Shown piece by piece: positions 35,008 to 45,535 of a DNA stretch of 53,629 bases. Under the pieces are notes generated by a model that did no database searches, had not been told where the DNA came from, and worked only from the letters and a program-made list of their open reading frames with translations. Origin of the DNA: a virus. Lineage: Duplodnaviria; Caudoviricetes. A program made the position numbers and the translations under genes. Positions within the stretch are counted from its first letter, which is position 1. Each line of letters starts with the position of its first letter. The stretch is taken from the IMG/VR virus record IMGVR_UViG_3300033741_000039, positions 1-53,629 of that record; one strand, written 5' to 3'.

Positions 35008-35433
35008 ATGATCGGCACGGTAGCGGACTGGCGCATCTACGCCACTGAGCGTGGGTACAGCGAGCCAACAGATGCGACTGACGCGGTGGCACTTGCCGCG
35101 CTGGTCCGGGCGAGCGACTACATCACGCACAAGTATGTCCGTTACTTCTACTCGGACTACACTGTGGCCTCTCCCCATGTAGATCAGGCCACGTATGAGG
35201 CAGCGTTGCTCGAGCTGGCCACTCCTGGGTTCTTCAGTAAGACCCACACTCCTGGCAGGGAGAAGGAGCTGGTCCAGGTCGATACAATCAAGTGGGAGGT
35301 GATCAAATCTGAGGGCGGCGCACAGCACTTCGTGCCCGTCTCCACTACTGTCGACATGATGCTCGGCCCGTACATGCGGCGGGAGTTCGTCATAGGTATC
35401 GGGACAGCCTCCGGTGGAGGTACAGGCCCATGA
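35008..35433 (+). CDS. Head-tail adaptor (DnaT-like domain)
   Basis: Y..ERG..ALVRASDYI..ATYEAAL. Confidence 0.75.
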   Translation: MIGTVADWRIYATERGYSEPTDATDAVALAALVRASDYITHKYVRYFYSDYTVASPHVDQATYEAALLELATPGFFSKTHTPGREKELVQVDTIKWEVIKSEGGAQHFVPVSTTVDMMLGPYMRREFVIGIGTASGGGTGP

Positions 35434-35801
35434 GCAATGGTAGCGACATTGCTGCACAGGTGAACGCTGCGCTGGCTCAGGCTAGCGCAGCGACTGGCAG
35501 CGGGGTGCTGATCGGCACAATCAGGCGCAGAGGACCTCAGTCCGGCCCGAGCTATGAGCCGGTCTACGGTCCCGACACCCTGCACACGTTCAACGTCGTG
35601 CTGGGCAGCTTCAGCGAGCGCGAGCGTGCTGGAACCACCATCCTGGCGACTGACACCAAGATCACCGCCGGGGCCAGCGACGTCGTCCCAGCCACATCCG
35701 ACAGGATGGTGGTGCGGGGCGTCACCTACGACATCCACAAGGTCAACCCGCTTAACCCCGGAGGCACCGACCTGAAGTACACCATCTGGGCGAGAGACTA
35801 G
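35430..35801 (+). CDS. Head closure/stopper protein
   Basis: GTTILATD.K..P...D......Y.I..V.PL.PGG. Confidence 0.75.
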   Translation: MSNGSDIAAQVNAALAQASAATGSGVLIGTIRRRGPQSGPSYEPVYGPDTLHTFNVVLGSFSERERAGTTILATDTKITAGASDVVPATSDRMVVRGVTYDIHKVNPLNPGGTDLKYTIWARD

Positions 35802-35809
35802 GAGCTATC

Positions 35810-36010
35810 ATGTCCAAAGAAGTCAACCACCTGAAGACACAGATGGAGAATGCCGCAGCCATAGACAAGGTACAGCGGCTCATGCCAGACATCACCAAGC
35901 AACTTACCCTGATGGCGCAGATGCACCGAATAGGCTACGACGCGCACATCAAGGAGGGGTTCACCCCAGAGCAGGCTCTCGTCCTGTGCCAGAAAATGAC
36001 AATGAGTTGA
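35810..36010 (+). CDS. Hypothetical protein
   Basis: AGGAG RBS; YDA.IKEGFTPEQAL.L. Confidence 0.7.
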   Translation: MSKEVNHLKTQMENAAAIDKVQRLMPDITKQLTLMAQMHRIGYDAHIKEGFTPEQALVLCQKMTMS

Positions 36011-36013
36011 CCC

Positions 36014-37069
36014 ATGGCGCGCACACCCACACTCATCGACCTGCTGGACAGGCTCGAGCCGGAGGTCCGGCGGGCCTTCGAGAGAGCCGTCCAGATCATC
36101 GCTGGAGACGTGAGGGTGGGCGCGCTCGAGGCAGCTATACGGGCGGGTGACATCGCCGCTGCCATGTCAGCTGTGGAGCTTGACCCAAGCTACTTCCGCC
36201 CGCTCGAGGAGGCGCTGCGCGCGGCGCACCTCAGCGCGGGTGACCAGACGTTCGATGGAGCACGCAAGCTGGCTCGTCGCCGGGGCGCTGTTCTGACTGG
36301 CCGCTTCGACAGCCGCAACCTGCGGGCGGAGAGCGTTCTGCGCCACTGGTCGAGCACCAAGATTGTAGAGATAACCACGAGCACAGCTGAGGCTGTCCGT
36401 GAGACACTCACAGAGCTGATGACACGCGGGACCTCCCCCCGCTCTGCGGCGCGGCAGATCGTTGGCTCTGTGGGTCCCGGTGGGAGGCGCACTGGCGGCA
36501 TCATTGGCCTGGACAGCAACAGGGCCTCGTGGGTCCGGAACATGGGCGAGGAGCTGCGTACCTCCAGCAGCAACTACTTCACGCGCAAGCTGAGGGACAG
36601 GCGGTTCGACTCAGTGGTGCGCAGGGCCATCCGGACAGGCAAGCCACTCACTGAGGCGGAGATAACTAAGATCACTGCGAGGTACAGCGGTCGGCTGCTG
36701 AAGATGCGGGGGGAGGCGATCGCCCGCACTGAGTTGCTGGGCAGTCTCCACGCCGCACAGGCTGAGGGCCTGCAGCAGATGGTCGACAGTGGCCAGGTCC
36801 GGAGCGAGAACATTCAGATTGAGTGGGACGCCAGCAACGACAGGTTCACCCGCCGGACGCACAGAGAGGCGGACGGACAGAGGCGCAGGCAGGGCGAGGA
36901 CTTCACCATCGGAGGCTACCCCATGGCCCACCCCGGCGACGGGTCGCGCGCACCAGCGGGCGAGGTCATCAACTGTCGCTGTGTGCTCCGGCCTGACATC
37001 GACTTTGTTGCTGGGCTGCGGGGCAGGCTGACACCAGCCGAGCTGGCACTGACGAGGAGCCTCATGTAG
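36014..37069 (+). CDS. Minor head protein (Mu gpF/SPP1 gp7-like)
   Basis: RGEAIARTE, W....D..TR.TH..DG, HPGD..EVINCRC. Confidence 0.85.
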   Translation: MARTPTLIDLLDRLEPEVRRAFERAVQIIAGDVRVGALEAAIRAGDIAAAMSAVELDPSYFRPLEEALRAAHLSAGDQTFDGARKLARRRGAVLTGRFDSRNLRAESVLRHWSSTKIVEITTSTAEAVRETLTELMTRGTSPRSAARQIVGSVGPGGRRTGGIIGLDSNRASWVRNMGEELRTSSSNYFTRKLRDRRFDSVVRRAIRTGKPLTEAEITKITARYSGRLLKMRGEAIARTELLGSLHAAQAEGLQQMVDSGQVRSENIQIEWDASNDRFTRRTHREADGQRRRQGEDFTIGGYPMAHPGDGSRAPAGEVINCRCVLRPDIDFVAGLRGRLTPAELALTRSLM

Positions 37070-37503
37070 TGGGACGGACGTACAGCTGGTCCAAGCTGCC
37101 CGACTGGGCGCTGCGGGTGGACAAGATAATGGACACAGTGGTCCAGCAGGCCACCAACGACCTACTCAGGGGCATCAAGATTGTTCCTGGCATAAACCGG
37201 GGCGGCTCACGCGTCCGGGGCACCCTGCCCCGCGACATAGGGGCGCTCGTGAGTTCACTGCAGTCGACCTTACTGGGTAGCACAGCCCTGAGCGGTGAGG
37301 CAAGCTGGACCATGGTCGTTGGACAGATGAGAGCGGGCGATGTCGCTCAGTTCTCGTGGGGCGGGTTCGCTGCCCCGCATGCGCGTCACGTGCACGACGG
37401 GGCGAATGGTGTGCCGGGCACGTTCTGGATTGACGTGGCTGCGGGCAAGTGGCCATCCATTGTGGCTGCGGTTGTTGTCAGGGTCAGGGCGGAGTTGGCA
37501 TGA
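37069..37503 (+). CDS. Tail completion protein (HK97 gp10-like)
   Basis: P.D.G.L..S; A.HA..V..G; position. Confidence 0.7.
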   Translation: MGRTYSWSKLPDWALRVDKIMDTVVQQATNDLLRGIKIVPGINRGGSRVRGTLPRDIGALVSSLQSTLLGSTALSGEASWTMVVGQMRAGDVAQFSWGGFAAPHARHVHDGANGVPGTFWIDVAAGKWPSIVAAVVVRVRAELA

Positions 37504-37904
37504 AGAAGAACGACATCAACAAGTTCATGAAGGACATCCTCTACAATGGGGGTATTGCACACCCCGGAGTGTGGCCCAACGTCGACCCGCAGGGGCCTGT
37601 GGCCCGCCCATACTTCGAGGTCTCGTTCGCTGTCTCGAACAGGGTTGGCGCTGCGCTCGCTGGTGGTCTGGTCCGGGAGACGGGTACCATGGTCGTCGTT
37701 GTCTGCGTTCCACAGGGCGATGGAGAGACAGCGGCCAACAACATCGCAGACGCGGTGAGTGACCTCTTCCCTCAGGCGATGCGGATCGTGATCCCAGGTG
37801 GGTTGGTCACGATACAGCAGCCTCCGAGCATCGAGGGTGGCTACCCCGACGACAACAACTGGCGCGTCCCTGTGAAGATCAGGTACACCGCCTCCAACAG
37901 GTAA
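37500..37904 (+). CDS. Tail terminator protein
   Basis: WPNV..G...V.V.VP.G.G..AD.V..LF; VPV.IRY. Confidence 0.75.
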   Translation: MKKNDINKFMKDILYNGGIAHPGVWPNVDPQGPVARPYFEVSFAVSNRVGAALAGGLVRETGTMVVVVCVPQGDGETAANNIADAVSDLFPQAMRIVIPGGLVTIQQPPSIEGGYPDDNNWRVPVKIRYTASNR

Positions 37905-37913
37905 GGAACAGTC

Positions 37914-38156
37914 ATGGCGAAGAAGAGAGGCAGCGACGGTCCCACCGTCATCGAGGGTGCCACGCTAGCCCGTATCAAGCACGACGGTGTGTCACCACCC
38001 TGTGCTGTGTACATGGGCGGCGCGGCCGATCCGGGCGACGTCATTCGTATTCGCCTGTCCAACAAGGTGGTCTACGAGGGAACTGTCTCGGAGTCCATTG
38101 AGGCTGGTGGTGAGGTGTTCACGGAGTTCGTGAACGGGATCACCCCAGTCAAGTAA
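37914..38156 (+). CDS. Hypothetical protein
   Basis: RBS; position in the tail module. Confidence 0.6.
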   Translation: MAKKRGSDGPTVIEGATLARIKHDGVSPPCAVYMGGAADPGDVIRIRLSNKVVYEGTVSESIEAGGEVFTEFVNGITPVK

Positions 38157-38213
38157 TAGGCACCCGCCTATCCCCTGCGCATAGCGCACTCACTCTGAAG
38201 AAAGGATGACATC

Positions 38214-38657
38214 ATGTCAACCACCGAAGGCATTGGCGGGATTCTATCCGCTAGCGCGGCCCTGCCCGCAACATTCGACGAAGTCGGCTACGCGGCCCTC
38301 ACCTGGACCGAGGTCGCTGAGGTCACTGAGCTGCCCGAGTATGGCGCGTCACACGAGACGGTCACACACACCCCACTGAAGACGGGCATCAAGAACAAGT
38401 TCCACGGCGAACTGGACTATGGCTCGCTGGCTGTCCCCATGGCGCACGACGCAGCGGACCCCGGTCAGATCATCCTGAAGGCGGCACGAGTCTCGAAGGA
38501 CGAGATCAGCTTCAAGATGACCTACTCGGACGGGGCCATCGACTACATCTCAGGCAAGGTAATGTCCTTCACCAAGGGCATGTCTGTGGGTAGCGTCGTT
38601 CCTGCCACGTCGCAGCTGGAGTACACGCGTGAGCTGATCGAGGTCGCCGCGCCGTAA
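38214..38657 (+). CDS. Major tail tube protein
   Basis: PATFD..GY.AL.WT.V.E...EYG..K..G..DYG..D.GQ. Confidence 0.85.
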   Translation: MSTTEGIGGILSASAALPATFDEVGYAALTWTEVAEVTELPEYGASHETVTHTPLKTGIKNKFHGELDYGSLAVPMAHDAADPGQIILKAARVSKDEISFKMTYSDGAIDYISGKVMSFTKGMSVGSVVPATSQLEYTRELIEVAAP

Positions 38658-38761
38658 ACCCATCCCGCTGGCTGGACTTCTTGGGCCAGTGGGCAGGGGT
38701 GGCGCGGGAGTGGTTGACCCGCGTCACCTCAACATCAACCACAACCAAAGGAACAACAGAA

Positions 38762-39214
38762 ATGGATATCTTCGACACAGTAGCGGCCTCCGAGCGGGGC
38801 GCATTCGTTCATCTGACAAACCTCATCACCGGCACACCTGCCTACCTCCCCGGTCCCGACGGGAAGCCTGATGAGGAGCAGCCGATCGGCATCAACATCA
38901 TCGGCTCTGACAGCCCCGAGTTCCGCACCAAGTCGCGGAAGCGCGCAGCGCACATCGTCAAGCGACGGGCTGGCAAGATGGACGTCTCCAAGATGACAGA
39001 GTCGCAGATACTTGGGCTGATGGACGAGGGTGACGACAAGACCCTGCACGACCTCGTCGACGCAACAGTTGGCTGGAGCAACATCTCACTCAACGGTGAG
39101 CCTGTGGACTTCACCCCAGAGCGGGCTGAGGAACTGTACACCCGCTACCCCGCGATTGCTGCAGAGGTCCGCGCATTCGGCGAAGACCTCAGCAATTTTT
39201 TCGTGACGGCCTAG
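38762..39214 (+). CDS. Tail assembly chaperone (gpG-like)
   Basis: Between tail tube and tape measure; G.DS..F; ends at a slippery site. Confidence 0.8.
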   Translation: MDIFDTVAASERGAFVHLTNLITGTPAYLPGPDGKPDEEQPIGINIIGSDSPEFRTKSRKRAAHIVKRRAGKMDVSKMTESQILGLMDEGDDKTLHDLVDATVGWSNISLNGEPVDFTPERAEELYTRYPAIAAEVRAFGEDLSNFFVTA

Positions 39215-39561
39215 AGGCACTGATTCTCTGGGCGCGACAGCACGCATGGTTGTCGTCGCGCCCAAAGGACTTCCCGATGACCCGCGCCCAGCTACTCACA
39301 AAGGCGGGGGAGGACCTCGACTTCCCTCAGCTCGGTGTGAACCACCAGCTGGCGGAGTGGCTTCTTCATCTGGGACCTGTCTCCAGCGGGATGGCTGGTG
39401 CGGTGCCTATGCCGCACTCCGAGATCGCTGCATGGGCCAAGAACAATGGCATTGAGCTACAAGGCAACGAGGCTGAGTGGCTCTACAAGATGTCCGGTGC
39501 ATACGCCAGCGAGCTGGCTGTCTGCTCGGGCAAGGACCGGGTGCAGCCGTACTCACCCTGA
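39196..39561 (+). CDS. Tail chaperone -1 frameshift extension (gpGT-like)
   Basis: T TTT TTC heptamer at 39196-39202; the -1 frame is open (RDGLEALILWARQHAWL...) to 39561. Confidence 0.78.
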   Translation, partial: FFRDGLEALILWARQHAWLSSRPKDFPMTRAQLLTKAGEDLDFPQLGVNHQLAEWLLHLGPVSSGMAGAVPMPHSEIAAWAKNNGIELQGNEAEWLYKMSGAYASELAVCSGKDRVQPYSP

Positions 39562-39574
39562 GAGGTAGCCGACT

Positions 39575-42500
39575 ATGAGCATGGACATGGCCCAGCTAGG
39601 GATGACGGTTGACAGTAGTCAGGTGAGAACCGCTACGACTGACACGCATCGCTTCGGTGAGCAGGGCAAGAAGACATCCAAGACGATCGACACAGCGACT
39701 GCTGGGATGGCCACAAACCTGCGCCGCGTCAGGGGTGCCGTGACTGGCATCATAGCGGCTGCTGCCTCTCTCGGGGCCATCACCTCTCTGCTTGGGAGCT
39801 ACGATCGCCAGATGTCCAAGGTCGGGGCGGTGTCCCGCGCCACTGGTGAGGAGATGGTGAAGCTGCGCAAGATCGCTGCTGACCTCGGCTCCACCACAGA
39901 GTTCACCGCTGTTCAGGCGGGCGAGGGCCTTGAGTTCCTCGCTCGGGCTGGCTTCAGTGCAGCCGAGGCCATGCAGGCAATCCCCGCTGTGCTTGACCTC
40001 GCCACAGCCGCCTCCATGGGTCTGGGTCAGGCCGCTGACATCTCATCCAACATCATGTCTGGCTTCGGCCTCTCTGCCAGCCGCGCCAGCGAAGTCGCTG
40101 ACGTGCTGGCTGCAGCATCATCGCGCGCCAACACTGACGTGGGCCAGCTCGGGCAGGCCATGTCCACCGTTGCCCCGATTTCCAAGACAGTCGGCATCAG
40201 TCTAGGAGACACAGCAGCGGCGATCGGTGTCATGTCTGACGCCGGTATCCAGGGCGAGCGCGCGGGTACAGCCATGCGTGGCGTTCTGGCCTCTCTCGTC
40301 GGACCAACAAAGCAGGCGCGTGACGCTCTGTCCAGATATGGACTGACATCCAAGGATGTGAATCCAGAGATGCGCTCTCTGGCTGACGTCATGGAGACAC
40401 TGCGCGACAAGAACCTGTCCACAGCTGATGCCATGACCATCTTCGGGCGTGAGGCCGCCTCGGGTGCCTTTGTCCTGATGGACTCAGCAGATCGACTCAG
40501 GGAGTTCGGTACAGAGCTTGAGAACGTTGAGGGCGAGGCCAAGCGCATGGCCGACATGATCCGGGACAACCTCGGTGGCTCTCTGGACGGCATGTGGTCG
40601 AGCCTGCAGGGTGTGGTCATCGCCATGGGCGAGGCGGGGCTCATTGCGGCCATTCGTGGCGTGATCGACGGGATCACCCTTCTCCTGCGCGGGCTGTCGT
40701 CTGCAATCACGTTCGTAGCCAACCTCGGTGGCGAGCTGGACCGGGTCGGGGCGTACCTACTCGCTGGCGCGGCCATCGTGACTGCGATGTACACACCCGC
40801 CATCATCGCAGCAACTCTCGCGATGGGTAAGTTCATCGCGAGCCTCGTCCTGACACGCACAGCTCTTCTCCGCACTGGCCTTGGCATCGTTGTCGTCGCT
40901 GCGGGCGAGCTGGTGTTCTGGCTGAGCAAGGTGGTCGGCGCTGCTGGCGGCGTTGGGGAGGCGTTCAAGCGCGTGTACGCTGTTGGCGAAGCTGTGTTCC
41001 TTGGTATAGGTAACACCGCATGGGGCCTCATGGACATTCTGGCTGGCGTGGCATCGTCCATCGTCGGCTCCTTCGTCGCAGCCTTCGCTCAGATCGCTCG
41101 GGCCTGGGACATGCTCATCAACGGTCTGGGGTCAGCCTTTGAGGCCATCACCGGGAAGACTGTGGGGGTCTCCGACGCGAGTGGGAAGATAGGCGCTCTG
41201 GCTGATGGCCTGATGGATCAGGCAACCGCGAGCATCAATCAGGGTGGCGCGCGCATCAAGGCTGCTGGCGCAGCGGTCGCGGAAGCTGCTAAGGCTGCTG
41301 TTGCTCCGATTGAGGTGATGAACGACACCATGGACGATGGTGCGGCTGCGGCCACCAAGTTGGCTGACGCTCTGGATGGTGACCCGATCGGCACTGGCGG
41401 CAGTGGCAAGAGCAAGGGCCTCTCCGCTGCAGCCAAGGAGGCTGCGAAGTCTGCCAAGGAGCTTGCTGACAGGATCGAGGAGCTGGAGTTCGCGGCTGAC
41501 CCGGTCAAGAAGTACAACAAGGAACTGTCCGAGCTGAACAAGCTGCTTGACGCGGGCCTCTCTGAGGGTGCCTACAGCAAGGAGCTGCAGAAGATGAACG
41601 ATGCGCTCGCGGACCAGATACCCATGGTCAACGATGTGGCCTCCGCGTGGGGTGACTTCGTGGTCAGTGGGTTCAAGGACTTCGAGGACTTCACCAAGAA
41701 AATCTGGAACAGCTTCAAGGGGCTGCTCTCCGACATGATCGCCACAGCGGCACGCAACAAGATACTGATAAGTCTGGGCGTTGGAGCAGGCTCCACAGCG
41801 TCGGGAGCCGCTGCAGGCGGGGTAGGTGGCGGCGGGGGCCTTCTAGGCTCTGTAAAGGGTCTCCTGGGAGGCTCTGGAGGTGGTGGAACGGGGCTGCTGG
41901 GCAGCATCGGCTCGCTCGGCTCCGCGTTCGCCTCTGGCTTCGGAAACACCATCGCTGCGACCTTCGGGGCGGGCGGTGGTCTGATGTCTGGCATCGCCTC
42001 AGCGGGTGCTCAGGTCGGCACCGCCCTCGCGGGTGGTAGCATCGCGTCCATCGGGGCAGCGATAGGTGCTGTTGCACCCTACGCTCTGCTGGCATTTGGT
42101 GCGTTCAAGCTACTCAAGGGAGCATTCAAAAGAACCCACGCATCTACTGGGTTCGAGGGTCTAGTGGGTGGGTCCGGCTTGCTGTCAGGCGCTCAGATAG
42201 ACCACTTCAAGGGGTCCACCTTCAAGAGTGGCAAGACAACCAGAACAGCGCTACCTGCAGACATGTCCGCAGGCATCAATGCCGCTGTTGCCAGCATCAG
42301 AAGCAGTACTGTTGAGATGGCGGAGAGCCTTGGCCTCGCCACCAACGCGGTGGACAGTTTTGCAGCGGTCTCGTTCGGCTACGGCTTTGCTGATGGCACC
42401 TTCGATCAGTCGCAGATGGACGCCGCAATCCAGGGGGCGCTTAACCAAGTGGCCGACCGGATGGCTCGTACCGTGTTCAACCCCGCTGTCTATGCCAAGG

Positions 42501-43372
42501 CGGGTGAGCGCGCAGACGAGGTTCTGCAGCGCCTTGCGGTAAGCCTGACCGGAGTCAACGCCGTATTCTCTGCGATGGATAAGACTCTTCTGGACGTGTC
42601 CCTGACCGGGGCGGCTGCGGCATCGCGCCTAGTGGACGCTTTCGGTAGTCTGGAAGTCCTGGCGGCGGTGAGTGCCGACTACTATCAGAACTTCTACAGC
42701 GAGGCAGAGCGGGCGGCAAAGGTCACCCGCGACCTGACCGGGGCGTTCGCTGATCTGGGGTTCGAGCTGCCCGCCAGCCGTGAGGGGTTCCGGGCGCTGG
42801 TGGATGGCATAGACGTCACCACGCAGGCGGGGGCCAACCTGTACGCAAGCGTTCTGGGCTTGTCGGGAAGCCTGTCGACCATCCTTCCCGCCTTCGATGC
42901 CGTGTCTGACGCTACCCGCAAGCTGGTCCACGACCTGCTGAATGATGCGGACCTAGCGGCCACCAGCTACGCGCAGAGAGGCGCGCGCAGTGACATGATG
43001 TTTGGGGATGCGGAGCGTGCAGCGCAGGAGGGCGACCTGACCGCTGTGCGGGAGTACCTGCGTGTTGCTAGAGCTCAGTCGTCAACCGACCTAGAGTATC
43101 GGCAGATCGCCTCAAAGGTGCTCGGACAGATAGGCATCAGCCCAAGCGGTTCCCCCGCCTCCGCCACTGTCCTCCCATCGTCTCAGGTTCAGGACGCGCA
43201 GGCGGCTCGAAATGATGCCATGGAGCTGCAGCTAATCGAGATCAAGCGACAGCTTGTAATGACGCAGGACGAGAATAGACAGCTTGCCCTGCGAGCCGAC
43301 AGGTATCTCAAGCAGATCGCGGACCTGGCAGAGAAGAACGACAAGATAGGCATGCCGCCTGACCGCGCTTAA
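39575..43372 (+). CDS. Tape measure protein (TP901-type core)
   Basis: 1265 aa, Ala/Gly-rich; LG.TTEFTA.QA..G..FLARAGF, GIQGERAGT. Confidence 0.93.
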   Translation: MSMDMAQLGMTVDSSQVRTATTDTHRFGEQGKKTSKTIDTATAGMATNLRRVRGAVTGIIAAAASLGAITSLLGSYDRQMSKVGAVSRATGEEMVKLRKIAADLGSTTEFTAVQAGEGLEFLARAGFSAAEAMQAIPAVLDLATAASMGLGQAADISSNIMSGFGLSASRASEVADVLAAASSRANTDVGQLGQAMSTVAPISKTVGISLGDTAAAIGVMSDAGIQGERAGTAMRGVLASLVGPTKQARDALSRYGLTSKDVNPEMRSLADVMETLRDKNLSTADAMTIFGREAASGAFVLMDSADRLREFGTELENVEGEAKRMADMIRDNLGGSLDGMWSSLQGVVIAMGEAGLIAAIRGVIDGITLLLRGLSSAITFVANLGGELDRVGAYLLAGAAIVTAMYTPAIIAATLAMGKFIASLVLTRTALLRTGLGIVVVAAGELVFWLSKVVGAAGGVGEAFKRVYAVGEAVFLGIGNTAWGLMDILAGVASSIVGSFVAAFAQIARAWDMLINGLGSAFEAITGKTVGVSDASGKIGALADGLMDQATASINQGGARIKAAGAAVAEAAKAAVAPIEVMNDTMDDGAAAATKLADALDGDPIGTGGSGKSKGLSAAAKEAAKSAKELADRIEELEFAADPVKKYNKELSELNKLLDAGLSEGAYSKELQKMNDALADQIPMVNDVASAWGDFVVSGFKDFEDFTKKIWNSFKGLLSDMIATAARNKILISLGVGAGSTASGAAAGGVGGGGGLLGSVKGLLGGSGGGGTGLLGSIGSLGSAFASGFGNTIAATFGAGGGLMSGIASAGAQVGTALAGGSIASIGAAIGAVAPYALLAFGAFKLLKGAFKRTHASTGFEGLVGGSGLLSGAQIDHFKGSTFKSGKTTRTALPADMSAGINAAVASIRSSTVEMAESLGLATNAVDSFAAVSFGYGFADGTFDQSQMDAAIQGALNQVADRMARTVFNPAVYAKAGERADEVLQRLAVSLTGVNAVFSAMDKTLLDVSLTGAAAASRLVDAFGSLEVLAAVSADYYQNFYSEAERAAKVTRDLTGAFADLGFELPASREGFRALVDGIDVTTQAGANLYASVLGLSGSLSTILPAFDAVSDATRKLVHDLLNDADLAATSYAQRGARSDMMFGDAERAAQEGDLTAVREYLRVARAQSSTDLEYRQIASKVLGQIGISPSGSPASATVLPSSQVQDAQAARNDAMELQLIEIKRQLVMTQDENRQLALRADRYLKQIADLAEKNDKIGMPPDRA

Positions 43373-43390
43373 ATCTAAGGAATAGGCGAC

Positions 43391-44296
43391 ATGAGAGCTC
43401 TGCAAACCATACAGGTGACCGATGCCAACCTACAAGCCAGCGACGTCCCGGAAACGGATGCGGCTCTCTGGCTTGTAGGGAGTACCTACGCCGTAGACGA
43501 TGAGGTCATGCTGGATCACCATGTCTACCGCTCGGTTCTTGGTTCCAATACCGGTAACGACCCAAGGGTAGACGACGGCACCAACTGGCTGGACCTCGGG
43601 TTCACAAACCGCTGGAGGGCCTTCGATAAAAAGACGCAGAACTTGGTGGCGCAGGCGGACAGTATCACCTATACCATCTCGGCCGATAATCTGATCACAG
43701 GTGTCGCCGTGATGAACTACGTTGGGAGCACTGTCACAGTTGAGGTCAGGGACGTCTCGGCAACCCTGCTCTCAACCCACACGAAGTCGCGCAATGGAGG
43801 CCAAGCGATCACCAGTTGGTGGATTGCCTTTACCATAGACCTCGCAGCGGAGAGCATTCCTGATGTTATCTTTGAGGATGTCAGGTGCTACCCCGGCAAT
43901 AACATTACGGTGACGGTGGCGACCGCCGTTCCCGGCTCCATTGTCAGTCTGGGACTTCTTCTTCTGGGCGTTACGCGGGAGCTGGGCGAGACAAACAACG
44001 GCACGGCAATTGGTATAAAGGACTACTCCACGAAAGACAAAGACCCGTTCGGCAATGCCATACTGGTTGAACGAGTCTTTGCATCTACAGTTAACTTCTC
44101 GTTCTCTCTACCTACCGACCGCGCGGCCTTTGTTCGCCGGACCCTGGCAGCTTTGCGCGCAACCCCGACCCTATACTACGCCGGAGTTGATCAGACTCAG
44201 TTTGGCGCGCAGGTCTTTGGCTTCTTCCAAGACTTCGAGATACCTCTGACCGGCCCCGCGATCTCCTTCGCAAATCTTAAAGTAGAGGAACTTTAA
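43391..44296 (+). CDS. Tail tip protein
   Basis: Directly after the TMP; W.....Y...D.V..VY.S..W.D.G.TNRW; GIKDYS.K..D.FGN. Confidence 0.72.
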   Translation: MRALQTIQVTDANLQASDVPETDAALWLVGSTYAVDDEVMLDHHVYRSVLGSNTGNDPRVDDGTNWLDLGFTNRWRAFDKKTQNLVAQADSITYTISADNLITGVAVMNYVGSTVTVEVRDVSATLLSTHTKSRNGGQAITSWWIAFTIDLAAESIPDVIFEDVRCYPGNNITVTVATAVPGSIVSLGLLLLGVTRELGETNNGTAIGIKDYSTKDKDPFGNAILVERVFASTVNFSFSLPTDRAAFVRRTLAALRATPTLYYAGVDQTQFGAQVFGFFQDFEIPLTGPAISFANLKVEEL

Positions 44297-45166
44297 ATGA
44301 CCGTCAACATCACAGGCATTCCGGTATTGCCCGACCAAGGCGACGAGCCTACATTCAACACCCGGATGCAGAACCTCTTTGTCTGGTTTGCCACCCGAGC
44401 GCCGGGTTCACTTATTGAGCAGCTCGAGACACTGGACCCGAACGACTTCTTCAGTGTGGTGGCATCTGCGACTGACGCCACACCGAGCTTGATTATGACA
44501 AACGGCTCGCATGGTCTGGGTGGTACTGCACCGCTCCTGTCGGACTTCAACGCGATCAAGGTGACAGGCCACTGGAGCTATGACGCGACAACCTTGAACC
44601 GTCCACCCTCGCTTGGCCCAATTGGCACAGTCACCTACGTTAAGCAGGCAACCAATCAGCTTACACAAGAAGCGACGGACTTGGCAGGTCGTACCGCAAG
44701 GCGCGGTCTGACAGCGGGCATCTATGGGGCGTGGCTGCTACCAGAACCCCCCGGTCAGCTGAGCCACTTTGCATCTTCTACACCTCCTGTTGGGTGGCTG
44801 GAGTGCAACGGCGCGGCTATCTCGCGAACAGTCTATGGTGCGCTGTTCTCCTCCATCGGTTCGCGCTTTGGCGCGGGCAACGGAACCAGCACCTTCAACA
44901 TACCTGACCTGCGAGGCGAGTTCATACGAGGGTGGGATAATGGTCGAGGCGTAGACTCTGGCCGGACATTGGGTTCCTTTCAGGCTCAGGACTTTCAGGC
45001 TCACGCACACCCGTTCACGTACACGCGCATGTTGCGTAACCTAGCGCCCGGCGCTTCTGGTGGTAATGGGTACCAAGAGTATAGTCAAAACGCCAACACC
45101 TTCAACACTGGTGGTGCAGAGACCCGACCTCGGAACATTGCGATGCTGCCCTGCATTCGCTTCTAG
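44297..45166 (+). CDS. Tail fiber protein with collar domain
   Basis: PVGWLECNGAAISRT.Y..LF..TFNIPDLRGEFIRGWD.GRGVD; ETRPRNIA. Confidence 0.88.
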   Translation: MTVNITGIPVLPDQGDEPTFNTRMQNLFVWFATRAPGSLIEQLETLDPNDFFSVVASATDATPSLIMTNGSHGLGGTAPLLSDFNAIKVTGHWSYDATTLNRPPSLGPIGTVTYVKQATNQLTQEATDLAGRTARRGLTAGIYGAWLLPEPPGQLSHFASSTPPVGWLECNGAAISRTVYGALFSSIGSRFGAGNGTSTFNIPDLRGEFIRGWDNGRGVDSGRTLGSFQAQDFQAHAHPFTYTRMLRNLAPGASGGNGYQEYSQNANTFNTGGAETRPRNIAMLPCIRF

Positions 45167-45176
45167 GAGTTAAACC

Positions 45177-45530
45177 ATGAAGATATTCAATTACTGCGAG
45201 TCCACGGGCCGACTTCTCGGCACCGGGTCCGCTAGGCCCGACCCCATGCAACCGGGGTCCCACCTGCTTCCGGCGCACGCCACCACCCAGACACCACCAG
45301 CGGCCCCTGCAGGGACGCACGCTGCCTTCAATGGGAGTAGCTGGGGAATTGCCGCCGACCCCCCGCCAGACCCCGCGCTGGGCCTGTCTGCGGAAGAGTT
45401 TGCGGCTGGTTTGCTGCGCCATGGTATAACCGTTCCGGAAAGCTTGCCTGAGCAGATATCTGCCACCGACGCCTTGGTGGTGGAGATGGGTCTTAGCATA
45501 GCTGTAATCAAATCTATCTTTGGAGGCTGA
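45177..45530 (+). CDS. Tail fiber assembly chaperone-like protein
   Basis: YC..TG..LG..A.PDP..LLPAHAT..PP..F.G..W. Confidence 0.7.
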   Translation: MKIFNYCESTGRLLGTGSARPDPMQPGSHLLPAHATTQTPPAAPAGTHAAFNGSSWGIAADPPPDPALGLSAEEFAAGLLRHGITVPESLPEQISATDALVVEMGLSIAVIKSIFGG

Positions 45531-45535
45531 AGCCC

